In this document: positions 8,892 to 18,505 of the stretch, in pieces
Layout of the letters: each line of letters opens with the position of its first letter
Position numbering within the stretch: the stretch's first letter is position 1
Translations under genes and position numbers: made by a program
NCBI GenBank assembly: GCA_038851075.1
Contig: JAWCLG010000002.1
Span: forward strand, 1-64,000
Direction of reading: 5' to 3'
DNA: 64,000 nucleotides
Source of the DNA: Candidatus Hadarchaeales archaeon
GTDB taxonomy: Archaea > Hadarchaeota > Hadarchaeia > Hadarchaeales > Hadarchaeaceae
Notes under the pieces: model-generated
Told to the model about the DNA's origin: nothing
What the model saw: only the letters and a program-made list of their open reading frames with translations
Database searches by the model: none

Positions 8892-9911
8892 ATGAAGGCG
8901 CTGGTGCTTGCAGGGGGATTCGCGAGAAGACTGGGGCCGATAGGGGAGAACCTGCCGAAGGCCATGCTGGTGGAGGAAGACTCGTCAATTCTGGACCTGA
9001 TACTCAAAAAACTGCATGAAGCCGGCATAGAGGCGTACATAAGCACGAACCGGAAGTTCGCGGATTACTTCAACGGATACAAGAACCTGATAATAGAGGA
9101 AACCACGAAGGAGGAGGAGAAACTCGGGGCGGTATCTGCCATAAACCACGCCATAAAGACCGCCGGAATAAACGAGGACCTTCTGGTGATATGCGTTGAC
9201 AATTACTTCTCTGACGATCTGAAGGATCTGATAGCCGGGTATTCAGGGAACCCAGCGGTGGGAGTTTACTATATCGGTGGAAGATCAGACATGAAAGCCG
9301 AGGAGCTGGGCTCCGTGAAGTTCGATGGCAGCGACAGCTACCCCCCAGCCCGCCGTATTTTCGCGATAACTGACTTCAAGGAGAAGCAAAAGCCTCCTCT
9401 CAGCTCTTACGTGGCGGCCGGCGTGTACGTTTTTCCAAAAAGGCTGTTTCCGGTAATAGATGAGTTCTGCAGGGGACAGAAGCGCGATGCTCCCGGAACT
9501 CTTGTCCAGCACCTGATAGAGCGCGGCGAAAAAGTGATGGGGTACCTGCTCAGCGGAACATGGTACGATGTCTCGCACAAGAGCTACCTAACCGCATTTT
9601 CGGACGCAAGGCTGGTGAAGTGCGATGAGAGATACATAGTCTGCGATAAGGCGCTAAGCGAACATTTCGTCGCATCAATAACCATACTGAAGCCCGGAAA
9701 GCACACAACTGGACACTCACACCCGGTGGCCGAAGCCTACTTCTTCGTCGGTGGGGTCGGCGAAATAGAGACCGACGAAGGAAGGAGAAAAACTGTCGGA
9801 CCCAAGGATGTCGTGCTGATAAAACCAAACGAGTTCCACAGGGTCTACAACACCGGAAGATCCCTGCTCATATTCGTCTCTGCCTTCGAGAGATACGGTG
9901 AGAGGGGCTGA
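8892..9911 (+). CDS. Sugar-phosphate nucleotidyltransferase fused to a C-terminal cupin
   Basis: LAGGFARRL..PK and FKEK motifs; C-terminal GHSHPVAEAY...PNEFHRVYN cupin motifs. Confidence 0.85.
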   Translation: MKALVLAGGFARRLGPIGENLPKAMLVEEDSSILDLILKKLHEAGIEAYISTNRKFADYFNGYKNLIIEETTKEEEKLGAVSAINHAIKTAGINEDLLVICVDNYFSDDLKDLIAGYSGNPAVGVYYIGGRSDMKAEELGSVKFDGSDSYPPARRIFAITDFKEKQKPPLSSYVAAGVYVFPKRLFPVIDEFCRGQKRDAPGTLVQHLIERGEKVMGYLLSGTWYDVSHKSYLTAFSDARLVKCDERYIVCDKALSEHFVASITILKPGKHTTGHSHPVAEAYFFVGGVGEIETDEGRRKTVGPKDVVLIKPNEFHRVYNTGRSLLIFVSAFERYGERG

Positions 9912-9912
9912 A

Positions 9913-10713
9913 CTATCCATTCAGGTACTCGATCAGAGATTTGAATATTAGTCTTCCATCTCCGTATTCCGGGACCACGTCCTCTGAGGTCCAGTCCGGC
10001 AACTGAACCCCGTAAAAAGCCCTTTCCGGATGAGGCATGAGGCCAAAGACAAGCCCGCTCGGGTCACATATCCCGGCTATGTCATAGAGAGAACCATTGG
10101 GATTCAGAGGATACCTCCCCCTTGCGTATTTTCCGTTCTCGTCACAGTACCTGAACACTATCTGGTCGTTCTTTATCAGCCTCTTCAGATTCTCTTTCTC
10201 CCTGTCGAGCACGAATCTGCCCTCGGCATGCGCGACTGGGATGCGTATCACCTGTCCCCTTCCCACCTTTCTCGTGAAAATGCAACGCTTAATGTTATCG
10301 TGCCTGAGATAAACCCACCTGCACTCATACCTGCCGGAAACGTTCAAAGCGAGGGCGGCCTCCTGACGTCCCGAGCCATCAAATCCCGGCAGCAGCCCTG
10401 ATTCCACAAGCACCTGAAATCCGTTGCATATGCCAAGTATCGGCCTGCCCTCCTCAAGATAACTCCTCAGGTCGCCATACATCGCACTCAGCGTGACCCT
10501 CCCGAGTATGGCGCCAGCCCTTATGTGGTCACCGTATGAGAATCCTCCAGGTATGACGAGGGCATCAAATCTTTTGAGCAGTCTGTCCCGAACCAATCTC
10601 TTCGCGTGGATTATCTCTGATCTGGCTCCGAGCTCATCAAGCGCAACCTTGGTCTCGAAGTCACAGTTTGTCCCCCCCACCCTTATCACGCAAATTCTCG
10701 GAGCGTCTGCCAT
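9913..10713 (-). CDS. purQ: FGAM synthase glutaminase subunit PurQ
   Basis: GTNCD, PGGFSYGD, GICNGFQ, AHAEG, MPHPER. Confidence 0.96.
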   Translation of the reverse strand: MADAPRICVIRVGGTNCDFETKVALDELGARSEIIHAKRLVRDRLLKRFDALVIPGGFSYGDHIRAGAILGRVTLSAMYGDLRSYLEEGRPILGICNGFQVLVESGLLPGFDGSGRQEAALALNVSGRYECRWVYLRHDNIKRCIFTRKVGRGQVIRIPVAHAEGRFVLDREKENLKRLIKNDQIVFRYCDENGKYARGRYPLNPNGSLYDIAGICDPSGLVFGLMPHPERAFYGVQLPDWTSEDVVPEYGDGRLIFKSLIEYLNG

Positions 10714-10722
10714 AAACGCACC

Positions 10723-13083
10723 TCACAGCCTGAGCCCAGACTGCCACGCCTCCCGCATGGCACTTCCGGAAACTCTGATGATGTCTCTTCCGTCTGCCCT
10801 GAAGGTCAGCTCCCCGCTTTCATTGACCTCACCCACCCTCACAAACGGACACTTCATCGTCCTCTCAAACTTTCTCTCCTTCCCCTTTTTGACCTCGACA
10901 ATGAACCTTCCGTTCGACTCCGAGAAAAGCAGATGGTCCTCTCTGAGTTTCTCACCAGCCGGAATATTGTCTAGGTTTATTTCGGCTCCGAGATCGCTGC
11001 TCAGAACCATCTCCGCAACTGCAACTCCAAGTCCTCCATCGGAGATGTCGTGACAGGATCTAACGCAGCTCGAGTCTATGGCTTTCAGGACTGACGAGAT
11101 GGCTGCGCTGGACTCTCTTGCCCTCACGACCGGAACCTCTGATCCGAGCTCTCCAAAAAGGGCATAGTACTCCGATCCCCCGAGTTCCCTGTAGGTTCTG
11201 CCAACGACATAGATGGCATCTCCCTCCCTCTTCAAATCCACCGAAACTGCACTTCTAACATCCGGGATAACTCCAACTGCCGTTATCAGCAGGGTCGGGG
11301 TGATAGGCCCCAACGGTGATTCGTTGTACAGGCTGTCCTTACCTGAGATGAAAGGCGTGCGGAAGGAGAGTGAAAAATCCCTGCACGCCTCACAGGCCCG
11401 CACCAGCGATGCCAGCTGCTCCTCCTTTTCCGGATTACCCCATACGAAGTTATCCAGCAGAGCTATCCTCCTCCCGCCGGCCGCAACGTTGTTTCTTATC
11501 GCCTCCTCTATGCTCGAGGCGGCCATCCAGTACGCATCGATCCGTCCGTACCTTGGCCTCATGCCGCAGGAGATAACCACGCCACGCCTCGATTCCGGAA
11601 GCGGTTTTATCACCGCCGCATCGCTCGGTCCACCGTGTCTCCCGTGAAGCGGCTTTATCACAGTTGCTCCCTGAACCTCGTGATCGTATGTCCTCACCAC
11701 GCTCTCCCTGCTCGTGATGTTCGGCGAAGAAAGGAGCCTGAGAAGAATGCCTTCAAGGTCACCCGGCATTTTCAGTACCGGCTCAGATGTTCTCTTTCCT
11801 GCTGTTTTTATCGTCCTCTCAGGAAGCGGCGGCGAAAAAAGGAACTTTAGATCAAGACTCATTATCTCACGTCCCTGATAGCTGACCCTCGCCCTCCTGC
11901 CCCGCTCGAACCTTCCTATGACCGTGGCTTCGACCTCCTCCTCCGAAAACACGTCGAGAACTTTTTCCACGTTTTTCTCAGGGACCGATAAAAGCATCCT
12001 TTCCTGGGACTCTGAAATCCATATCTCCCACGGCCTCATCCCGCTGTACTTCAGAGGCACTTTATCAAGCTCCACGTATACCCCGCATCCGGACCTGTTC
12101 GCCATCTCGCAGGCTGCGCATGAGAGCCCGCCTCCTCCGAGATCCGTGATCCCGGACGCCAGGCCCATCTCCCCTATCCTGAGGATCGCCCTTCTCAGTT
12201 TTTCCTCCTGTATGGGATCTGGTATCTGGACGGCAGGTCTGTGGATCTCCTCAGACTCCGCAGTGAGTTCGACAGAAGCGAAAGTCACGCCATGAATGCC
12301 GTCCCTTCCGGTCCTTCCTCCAGCGAGCACAACCACGTCTCCGGGGCGCGTTTTTTTCACGTACTCCTTCAGCCTGAGGATCCCAACGCAGCCACAGTAA
12401 ACGACCGGATTTCCCACATAGCTCTCGTCGAAGAATATGCCTCCGGCCACGGTTGGTATCCCCATGTTATTGCCGTATGCGCCTATACCCGCAACCACGC
12501 CGCGAAAGATGTATCTTGGATGCTTAACCCCTGAAGGAAGTTTTCCCCGGTAGTCCAGAGGGCCGAAGCCAAGCACATCTATGTTGGCAACTGGCTTTGC
12601 CCACACACCCAGTATGTCCCTTATCACTCCGCCTACTCCGGTAGCCGCCCCTCCGAATGGCTCTATGGCCGATGGATGGTTGTGTGTCTCAACCTTTACC
12701 GCAATCGCCTGTCCCCTCTCAAAGGCCACTATTCCGGCGTTGTCCTCGAAAACCGATATGCACCACGGCGGAGACATTTTCCTGGTGGGCCTGAAGATAA
12801 AGTCCCTGAAAAGCCTCATCTCCTTTTTACCGGATTTTATACTGCCGCGAAATGTCTTGTGATAGCAGTGCTCCGACCATGTCTGCCCGATGGTCTGCAT
12901 CTCTATATCAGTGGGGTTCCTTCCATCCCTTCTGAAGTAATCCCTGCAGGAGCGCATCTCGTTCAGATTAAGCGCCAGCCCCATCTCCTCACTGATTCTG
13001 AGGAGCTCCCTGTCTTCCGCTTTTAGAAGATCAACCTCAAAAAGCTCGAACGGGTAACCCGCACTCCGGAAGATAAGGCTCAC
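10723..13083 (-). CDS. purL: FGAM synthase subunit PurL
   Basis: WSEHCYHK, ETHNHPSAIEPFGGAATG, SESQERM, SGKDSLYN. Confidence 0.97.
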   Translation of the reverse strand: MSLIFRSAGYPFELFEVDLLKAEDRELLRISEEMGLALNLNEMRSCRDYFRRDGRNPTDIEMQTIGQTWSEHCYHKTFRGSIKSGKKEMRLFRDFIFRPTRKMSPPWCISVFEDNAGIVAFERGQAIAVKVETHNHPSAIEPFGGAATGVGGVIRDILGVWAKPVANIDVLGFGPLDYRGKLPSGVKHPRYIFRGVVAGIGAYGNNMGIPTVAGGIFFDESYVGNPVVYCGCVGILRLKEYVKKTRPGDVVVLAGGRTGRDGIHGVTFASVELTAESEEIHRPAVQIPDPIQEEKLRRAILRIGEMGLASGITDLGGGGLSCAACEMANRSGCGVYVELDKVPLKYSGMRPWEIWISESQERMLLSVPEKNVEKVLDVFSEEEVEATVIGRFERGRRARVSYQGREIMSLDLKFLFSPPLPERTIKTAGKRTSEPVLKMPGDLEGILLRLLSSPNITSRESVVRTYDHEVQGATVIKPLHGRHGGPSDAAVIKPLPESRRGVVISCGMRPRYGRIDAYWMAASSIEEAIRNNVAAGGRRIALLDNFVWGNPEKEEQLASLVRACEACRDFSLSFRTPFISGKDSLYNESPLGPITPTLLITAVGVIPDVRSAVSVDLKREGDAIYVVGRTYRELGGSEYYALFGELGSEVPVVRARESSAAISSVLKAIDSSCVRSCHDISDGGLGVAVAEMVLSSDLGAEINLDNIPAGEKLREDHLLFSESNGRFIVEVKKGKERKFERTMKCPFVRVGEVNESGELTFRADGRDIIRVSGSAMREAWQSGLRL

Positions 13084-13334
13084 CTCTCCTCTCTGACCTC
13101 GAACGAGTAATCGTCCTTTACCGGATTAGAAAGAAGCTTTCTGCACATTTCCTCAGCAGTTCTCCTCGCGTCTTCAATCGAAGAGGCGGAAAAGGATACC
13201 TCGTAAGCCCTAGATGTGCTCACCCCTTCAACCCTGTAACCGAGGTCCTGAAGCGCCCTCTTCACCGTCTCACCCTCCGGATCCAGATATCCGCGCTTCA
13301 GCCTGACCTCGATTCTGGCAACATACCGACCCAA
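13080..13334 (-). CDS. purS: FGAM synthase subunit PurS
   Basis: LKRGYLDPEGETV, MCRKLLSNPV; TTG start after AGGTGA. Confidence 0.93.
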   Translation of the reverse strand: MGRYVARIEVRLKRGYLDPEGETVKRALQDLGYRVEGVSTSRAYEVSFSASSIEDARRTAEEMCRKLLSNPVKDDYSFEVREER

Positions 13335-13338
13335 CCGA

Positions 13339-14499
13339 TCACCTGTAAACAATCTTTCCACCTGGCCCCGCTATAACGAGGCTGTTTCCTCCTTTCTCCC
13401 TCTCGCATCTGCCTATAACTTTAGCCCCTATCCCGAACCTCTCAGCGACGTCCAGCACCCTGTCCGCACTTTTTTTCCTCACAATCACCTCAAAACCCGT
13501 CCCCATGTTAAAATCCTCATACATCTCGCGCCAGCTCAACTTTGCCTCATCACGTATCAGAATGAATATGGGATCCGGATCGATGGGTTCATCCTTGACA
13601 TATCTGATATTTCTCCCCAGCCTCAGGCATTTTGTCTGGCCTCCTCCGGTATTGTGGACCATGCCCGTTATGTCTCCTCCGGCGACCCTCAGCATCTCGA
13701 GAACCGCCGGAGCGAAAATCCTGGTAGGGGAGAGAATCGCATCGCCCACCGTCATGTAAAGCCGGTCGACCCTATCGTCATGCCTGAATCTCCCGTAGTA
13801 TGGCTTTGACCCGGGCTCGAGTATCTCCGGATATTTTCTCCCGTACTCAGCCAACATCAGACAGTGCCTGGCCAGTGTTATCCCGTTGCACATTATTCCG
13901 CTGTTTTCCTTTTTCTCGTACCTCGCCCTGCCCCCGCTTCTCAGTCCGACTATCAAATCGCCGGGTGCTATTCTCGTTCCTGTTACCGCCTCAGAAAGCC
14001 TGACTGTTCCGCTCACCGTCCCTGAAACGTCCAGAGTTCTGAGCTGGTCCGGGAGGTCCGCTGTTTCCCCTCCGGCAAATGAAACGCTCAGCCCGTATTT
14101 ACGCAGTAGAGCGAAGCACCTGCGGAAGCCATCACAGAGCTCTTTAAGCACAAGAGCCTTAGGAACCACTATCGGATTTACAGCGATATAATCGACAAAG
14201 CCAACTGGCACCGCTCCAACACATATGATATCGTCAACGTTCATCGCAACAACGTCCTGAGCAAGCCCCTCAAAACATCCTTTTTCACCGGTTTCTCTCC
14301 AACGAAGATAGCTCTGAACCGGTTTGCTTCCCGCGCCATCCGTGTGTAGAACCGTGCAGCGGCTCTTGGAGCTGGGATCCCTCACGACCGGACAAAAAGC
14401 ATCGCGGAAGATGTTATTCGTAATGCGCCTGAAGCCCTCAATCCCCCTTTTCCGCACATCCACCCCTACTCCAGCGTAACCGGAACCCATGCACACCAC
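13339..14499 (-). CDS. purM: AIR synthase PurM (divergent subtype)
   Basis: HTDGAGSK, AMNVDD, GGETADLPD, HNTGGG, FNMGTG; inside pur operon. Confidence 0.9.
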   Translation of the reverse strand: MVCMGSGYAGVGVDVRKRGIEGFRRITNNIFRDAFCPVVRDPSSKSRCTVLHTDGAGSKPVQSYLRWRETGEKGCFEGLAQDVVAMNVDDIICVGAVPVGFVDYIAVNPIVVPKALVLKELCDGFRRCFALLRKYGLSVSFAGGETADLPDQLRTLDVSGTVSGTVRLSEAVTGTRIAPGDLIVGLRSGGRARYEKKENSGIMCNGITLARHCLMLAEYGRKYPEILEPGSKPYYGRFRHDDRVDRLYMTVGDAILSPTRIFAPAVLEMLRVAGGDITGMVHNTGGGQTKCLRLGRNIRYVKDEPIDPDPIFILIRDEAKLSWREMYEDFNMGTGFEVIVRKKSADRVLDVAERFGIGAKVIGRCEREKGGNSLVIAGPGGKIVYR

Positions 14500-14541
14500 C
14501 CTGAAATCTCACACCATCTGGTTAAAAACTGTTGACTGGAC

Positions 14542-15138
14542 TCAAACCGCAGGCGCCCTGAATGTTCTGGTCTCGGTCACAACTATGTGAACCGGAACAT
14601 CGTGCGGGGTGCTTGGTATTTCATCCGCGATCTGAAAATCGTAAGCTATACCGATAAATTTTGCTTTCCTGTTTATGCTCAATATTTCCCTGAGAGCCCT
14701 GTCATAGTACCCCAGCCCATGGCCTATCCTCCTTCCATTCCTGTCAAACGCTATTCCTGGAACTATTACCAGATCCATTTCATTAAGCTGAACCGGGCGC
14801 CTGTACTGGTGGCGCGGCTCGGGAATACCGAAGGCTCCTGGAAAAAGCTGTGCGTCCGGATCTGTGATTTCGGAGAACCGGAGCCTCTTTGTGCTGAATT
14901 CCACGTATGGCACCAGGATGCGCTTCCCCATGCTCAGGCTCTCCCTGATCATATCGATCGTTTCAACCTCTCTGCTCTCCCTCTTCGCAACGTAAAAAGC
15001 GACTGTTCTGGCGCTTTTGAACTCGCCAAGTGAAAAAAGGTTGTTTTTCACCTTAAGGCTCCTGCTGCGGGCGTCATCATCAGACATTGCTGCCCTGAAC
15101 GCCTTCAGTCTTTCCCTGAGGGTCTCCTTTGAAGTCAC
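14542..15138 (-). CDS. 5-formyltetrahydrofolate cyclo-ligase
   Basis: FGIPEP, VPGIAFDRNGRRIGHGLGYYDR, HDVPV. Confidence 0.93.
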   Translation of the reverse strand: MTSKETLRERLKAFRAAMSDDDARSRSLKVKNNLFSLGEFKSARTVAFYVAKRESREVETIDMIRESLSMGKRILVPYVEFSTKRLRFSEITDPDAQLFPGAFGIPEPRHQYRRPVQLNEMDLVIVPGIAFDRNGRRIGHGLGYYDRALREILSINRKAKFIGIAYDFQIADEIPSTPHDVPVHIVVTETRTFRAPAV

Positions 15139-15140
15139 GC

Positions 15141-16004
15141 CTATCCTTCCAGAATCTCCGCGGCTATTACGAGGTTATGGAGGAGCATCGCTCTGGTCAT
15201 CGGCCCCACACCTCCGGGCACTGGGGTTATGTACGAGACCTTTTCGCTGACCGCCTCAAAATCCACATCCCCAAGCAGCTTTCCGTTCACCCTGTTCATC
15301 CCGGCGTCTATGACGACCGATCCATCCTTCACCATTTCTCTGCCGACCACGAAACCCGGGCGCCTTCCGACCGCAACCACAAGTATGTCTGCCTCTCTCG
15401 ATCTCGCTGCGAGGTCCGGGGTTTTTGAGTGGCACATAAGAACCGTGGCGTTCCTGTCGAGAAGCATCTTGGCCAGGGGCTTGCCAACGAGGTCGCTCCT
15501 GTTTATTATCACCGCCAGTTTTCTCTCGATCTCGATACCGTACTCATCCAGCAGCCTCACTATTCCCTTTGGAGTGCAGGGCAGGAGCGAGCCATCCATC
15601 ACATAATCGCCCAGCCACAGTTTTCCAATGTTTGCGGGAGTAAGGCCGTCAACATCCTTGTTGGGCTCTATCTCGGATATTATCCTCTTCCTGTCCATGT
15701 GTGAGGGCAGGGGGAGCTGCACTATTATTCCGTGAACTGACTTATCCTGGTTAAGTTCCCATATCTTCCTGACCACGTCCTCAGGCTTCGATGAGGACGG
15801 CATCTCATGAAGCCTGAAGTTTATGCCCACCTCACTGCAGTCCGCACGCTTGCCCGCAACGTATATCTTTGAGGAGGGGTCCTCGCCCACCAGCACCGTG
15901 GCAAGGGTCGGTTCTATTCCCTTCTCCCTTAGCTCCCCGACCTTTTCGGCAACCTCGTCCTTCACTTTTTTAGCGAGTGTTCTACCATCCATGAGCACTG
16001 CCAT
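15141..16004 (-). CDS. folD: Methylene-THF dehydrogenase/cyclohydrolase
   Basis: VQLPLP, KDVDG, PCTPKG, RSDLVGKP, TPVPGGVGPMT. Confidence 0.96.
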   Translation of the reverse strand: MAVLMDGRTLAKKVKDEVAEKVGELREKGIEPTLATVLVGEDPSSKIYVAGKRADCSEVGINFRLHEMPSSSKPEDVVRKIWELNQDKSVHGIIVQLPLPSHMDRKRIISEIEPNKDVDGLTPANIGKLWLGDYVMDGSLLPCTPKGIVRLLDEYGIEIERKLAVIINRSDLVGKPLAKMLLDRNATVLMCHSKTPDLAARSREADILVVAVGRRPGFVVGREMVKDGSVVIDAGMNRVNGKLLGDVDFEAVSEKVSYITPVPGGVGPMTRAMLLHNLVIAAEILEG

Positions 16005-16014
16005 AGAAATCGAC

Positions 16015-17487
16015 CTAGAACTCTACCCTCTTTCTCTTTCCCAGCCTGGCCCTGTACTTCCTGAGGACCGGACGAATTTGCCCATTTACCAGCTCACGGC
16101 ATTTCTCCGGTGCGTCACCGATGTGCTTCTCAGGTACCATCAGCCGGTCTATCTCTGCGGGAGAAATGTGGGATGTAATCTTCCTGTCTCCCTTTATCAT
16201 CTCAACAAGCGGGTTCTCCTCCCCTCTCATGACTCTGTCCCAAGCCTCAAATGATATCTTCCTTATCTTTTCATGCATCGTCTGCCTGTTCTCACCAAGC
16301 ATTACAAGTTTCATCAAAACCGCCTCAGTTGCTGCGAAAGGACCGTACTTTTTCAGGTTTCTTTTCACCATCTCATCGTATATCACGAGTCCGCCTGCTA
16401 TGAAGTCGTAGAGGATAAGACACTCGTCAACCGCAAGAAAGGCCTCCGGGATTATTATCCTGCGGTTGGCGGAATCGTCCAGAGTTCTCTCAAACACCAT
16501 CTGGGCCGCATTTTCCCATGCAACCTGCGGTAGGACAGACACGTACCTTGAGAGGGAGCACATGCGCTCTGATGTTATCGGGTTCCTTTTGAATGGCATT
16601 GCAGAGGAACCCACCTGAGATTTTTTTATCGGCTCGGAGACCTCTCCAATCGGCGGGGACTGGAGGTGTCTGATGTCCAAACCAAACTTGTAAACGCTCT
16701 GGGCTACCCCCGCCAGAACGGACAGAAGCAGGTAGTCAATCTTTCTGGGGTAAGTCTGTGATGATACGGTGAACGCCTTCAGACCGATGGATTTCATCAC
16801 GTGCTCCTCCATTGCCACGACCTTCTTGTGACTCCCGAGAAGTCTTAAGAATCCTGCAGAAGTCCCAACCGCTCCCTTGATTCCCTTTCCCCTCATGACA
16901 TTATCGAGCAGAAACTCAACGCCCGCGATGTCCAGAAGAAGATCCTGCGCATATCCCGCAAGCCTGTATCCAACGGTTGTGGGCTCGGCGGGCTGCATGT
17001 GGGTCCATCCGATGCACGGCATTTTGCCATATCTCTCAATCTGGCCTGAAATAGAATCAAGACAGTTGACCAGCCTTGTAAGTATGAGATCCAGTCCCTC
17101 CCTCATCCTCATCACGTCAGCGTTGTCCTCGATGTCCATGGATGTGGCACCCATGTGGAGCTTACCTCCGCCGACCGGACACTGCTCAGCGTATACCCTT
17201 ATCTCCGCCATGAGGTCGTGCCTTATCTCGCGCTCTATCTCCTCGGCCCTCTCAATATCAACGTGCTCCGGACCCATCTTCGACTTCAGGTCGTCGAGTT
17301 CCTTTTTTGTTATAAGCCCGTGCCTGAACTGCGCCTCGGCCAGCGCGACCCATATTTTTCTCCATGCTGCCCTCCTGTAAATATCCGAGAAAATCCTGCG
17401 CATCTCAGGGCTTCCATACCTCCACGTGAAAGGGGAAACAAAGGTGCTGTGGCCAAATTCAGCCGGCATTTTCTCACCCGGGACCAA
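16015..17487 (-). CDS. purB: Adenylosuccinate lyase
   Basis: RHDLMA, HMGATS, GSSAMPFKRNP, FERTLDDSANRR. Confidence 0.95.
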   Translation of the reverse strand: MVPGEKMPAEFGHSTFVSPFTWRYGSPEMRRIFSDIYRRAAWRKIWVALAEAQFRHGLITKKELDDLKSKMGPEHVDIERAEEIEREIRHDLMAEIRVYAEQCPVGGGKLHMGATSMDIEDNADVMRMREGLDLILTRLVNCLDSISGQIERYGKMPCIGWTHMQPAEPTTVGYRLAGYAQDLLLDIAGVEFLLDNVMRGKGIKGAVGTSAGFLRLLGSHKKVVAMEEHVMKSIGLKAFTVSSQTYPRKIDYLLLSVLAGVAQSVYKFGLDIRHLQSPPIGEVSEPIKKSQVGSSAMPFKRNPITSERMCSLSRYVSVLPQVAWENAAQMVFERTLDDSANRRIIIPEAFLAVDECLILYDFIAGGLVIYDEMVKRNLKKYGPFAATEAVLMKLVMLGENRQTMHEKIRKISFEAWDRVMRGEENPLVEMIKGDRKITSHISPAEIDRLMVPEKHIGDAPEKCRELVNGQIRPVLRKYRARLGKRKRVEF

Positions 17488-17599
17488 CTATTCTTATTTT
17501 CTGAACTCTTTAACCCTACCGCTTTTCCGGAACCGTGCCGGTGGCTGAAAGCCATTAAAGTCAGTAAAGCGTATATCCGGTTGAAGCGAGAGGTATCTG

Positions 17600-18082
17600 A
17601 TGTCCGGAAAGGTGGAAATTCTGCTGGGGTCCAAGGCTGACCTGGAGTGGATTGCCCCGATAGAAAAAACGCTGAAGGAGCTCGGGGTGAAATACGGAAT
17701 CAGGATCGCCTCGGCGCACAAAACCCCGAGAAAACTGCTTTCAATACTCGAGGAAAACGAGCGTTCAGGAGAAAAAATAGTGTACATAACGGTCGCCGGA
17801 AGGTCAAATGCCCTGTCCGGATTCGTTGACGCCAACACAAGATACCCGGTGATAGCCTGTCCGCCATACTCTGAAAAATTCGGAGGTGCAGATATTTTCT
17901 CCTCGCTCAGAATGCCGAGCGGGGTTGCTCCAACGGTGATACTTGATCCTGAGGGCGCAGCAATGGCGGCCGCTAAGGTGCTCGCCCTAGGAGACGACGT
18001 GCTCTCAAAAAAAATTTCGGAGTACCATGCAAAAATGGCTGAGAAAATTGAATCAGATGACAGATCTGTAAAACGCGGCTGA
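17600..18082 (+). CDS. purE: AIR carboxylase PurE (class II-like)
   Basis: LGSKAD, SAHKTP, VAGRSNALSG, PVIACPP, SSLRMPSG. Confidence 0.93.
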   Translation: MSGKVEILLGSKADLEWIAPIEKTLKELGVKYGIRIASAHKTPRKLLSILEENERSGEKIVYITVAGRSNALSGFVDANTRYPVIACPPYSEKFGGADIFSSLRMPSGVAPTVILDPEGAAMAAAKVLALGDDVLSKKISEYHAKMAEKIESDDRSVKRG

Positions 18083-18460
18083 CTATCTCGGATTCGATGG
18101 GCTCTCCCACAAAGACATGGTCTTTCTGGGCAGATCTATTGCCTTAACCACACCATCAAGCCCAGCACTTGCTCCCTGGCTATGTAACCAACCATCTTTA
18201 CTTGCTAGTCGGGACTGTGTACTCGCTGAAGTCGTCAATATCATACTCTTTCATCGCCCTGCCCGCAGCAAGATCCTCCATGGACTATCGAATTGTCGCA
18301 GGGCACAATTCTCTGCCAGTTGAGCGCGAATCTTCAGGATTATGGTGTCGCCCATGACCGCGAGATCGCCGTACTACGTGCCGAAATGGGGATGATATTC
18401 TGTGCCATGAAAGAGCTCCTCGACCAATCGTCTTAAAACGACACCAAAAATGCATGACAT
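18083..18460 (-). pseudogene. purF: Collapsed amidophosphoribosyltransferase (purF) remnant
   Basis: SD GGAGGG + ATG 18460 gives MSCIFGVVLRRLVEELFHGTEYHPHFGT*YGDLAVMG (PurF N-terminus like 'LFxGTDYHSHLGT'). Frame-broken C-terminal pieces follow: EDLAAGRAM..DDFSEYTVPTSK, MVGYIARE, LDGVVKAIDLP, PCLC. Lies directly downstream of purD. Confidence 0.72.
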
Positions 18461-18505
18461 TTTTTCCCTCCGCAGAACAGTTGAACTTCCCGGTTAAGAG
18501 ACTTT

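Noticed and set aside
18117-18357. Plus-strand 68-aa and 62-aa ORFs in the purE-purD gap
   Set aside because: No recognisable motifs; better explained as antisense to the purF remnant
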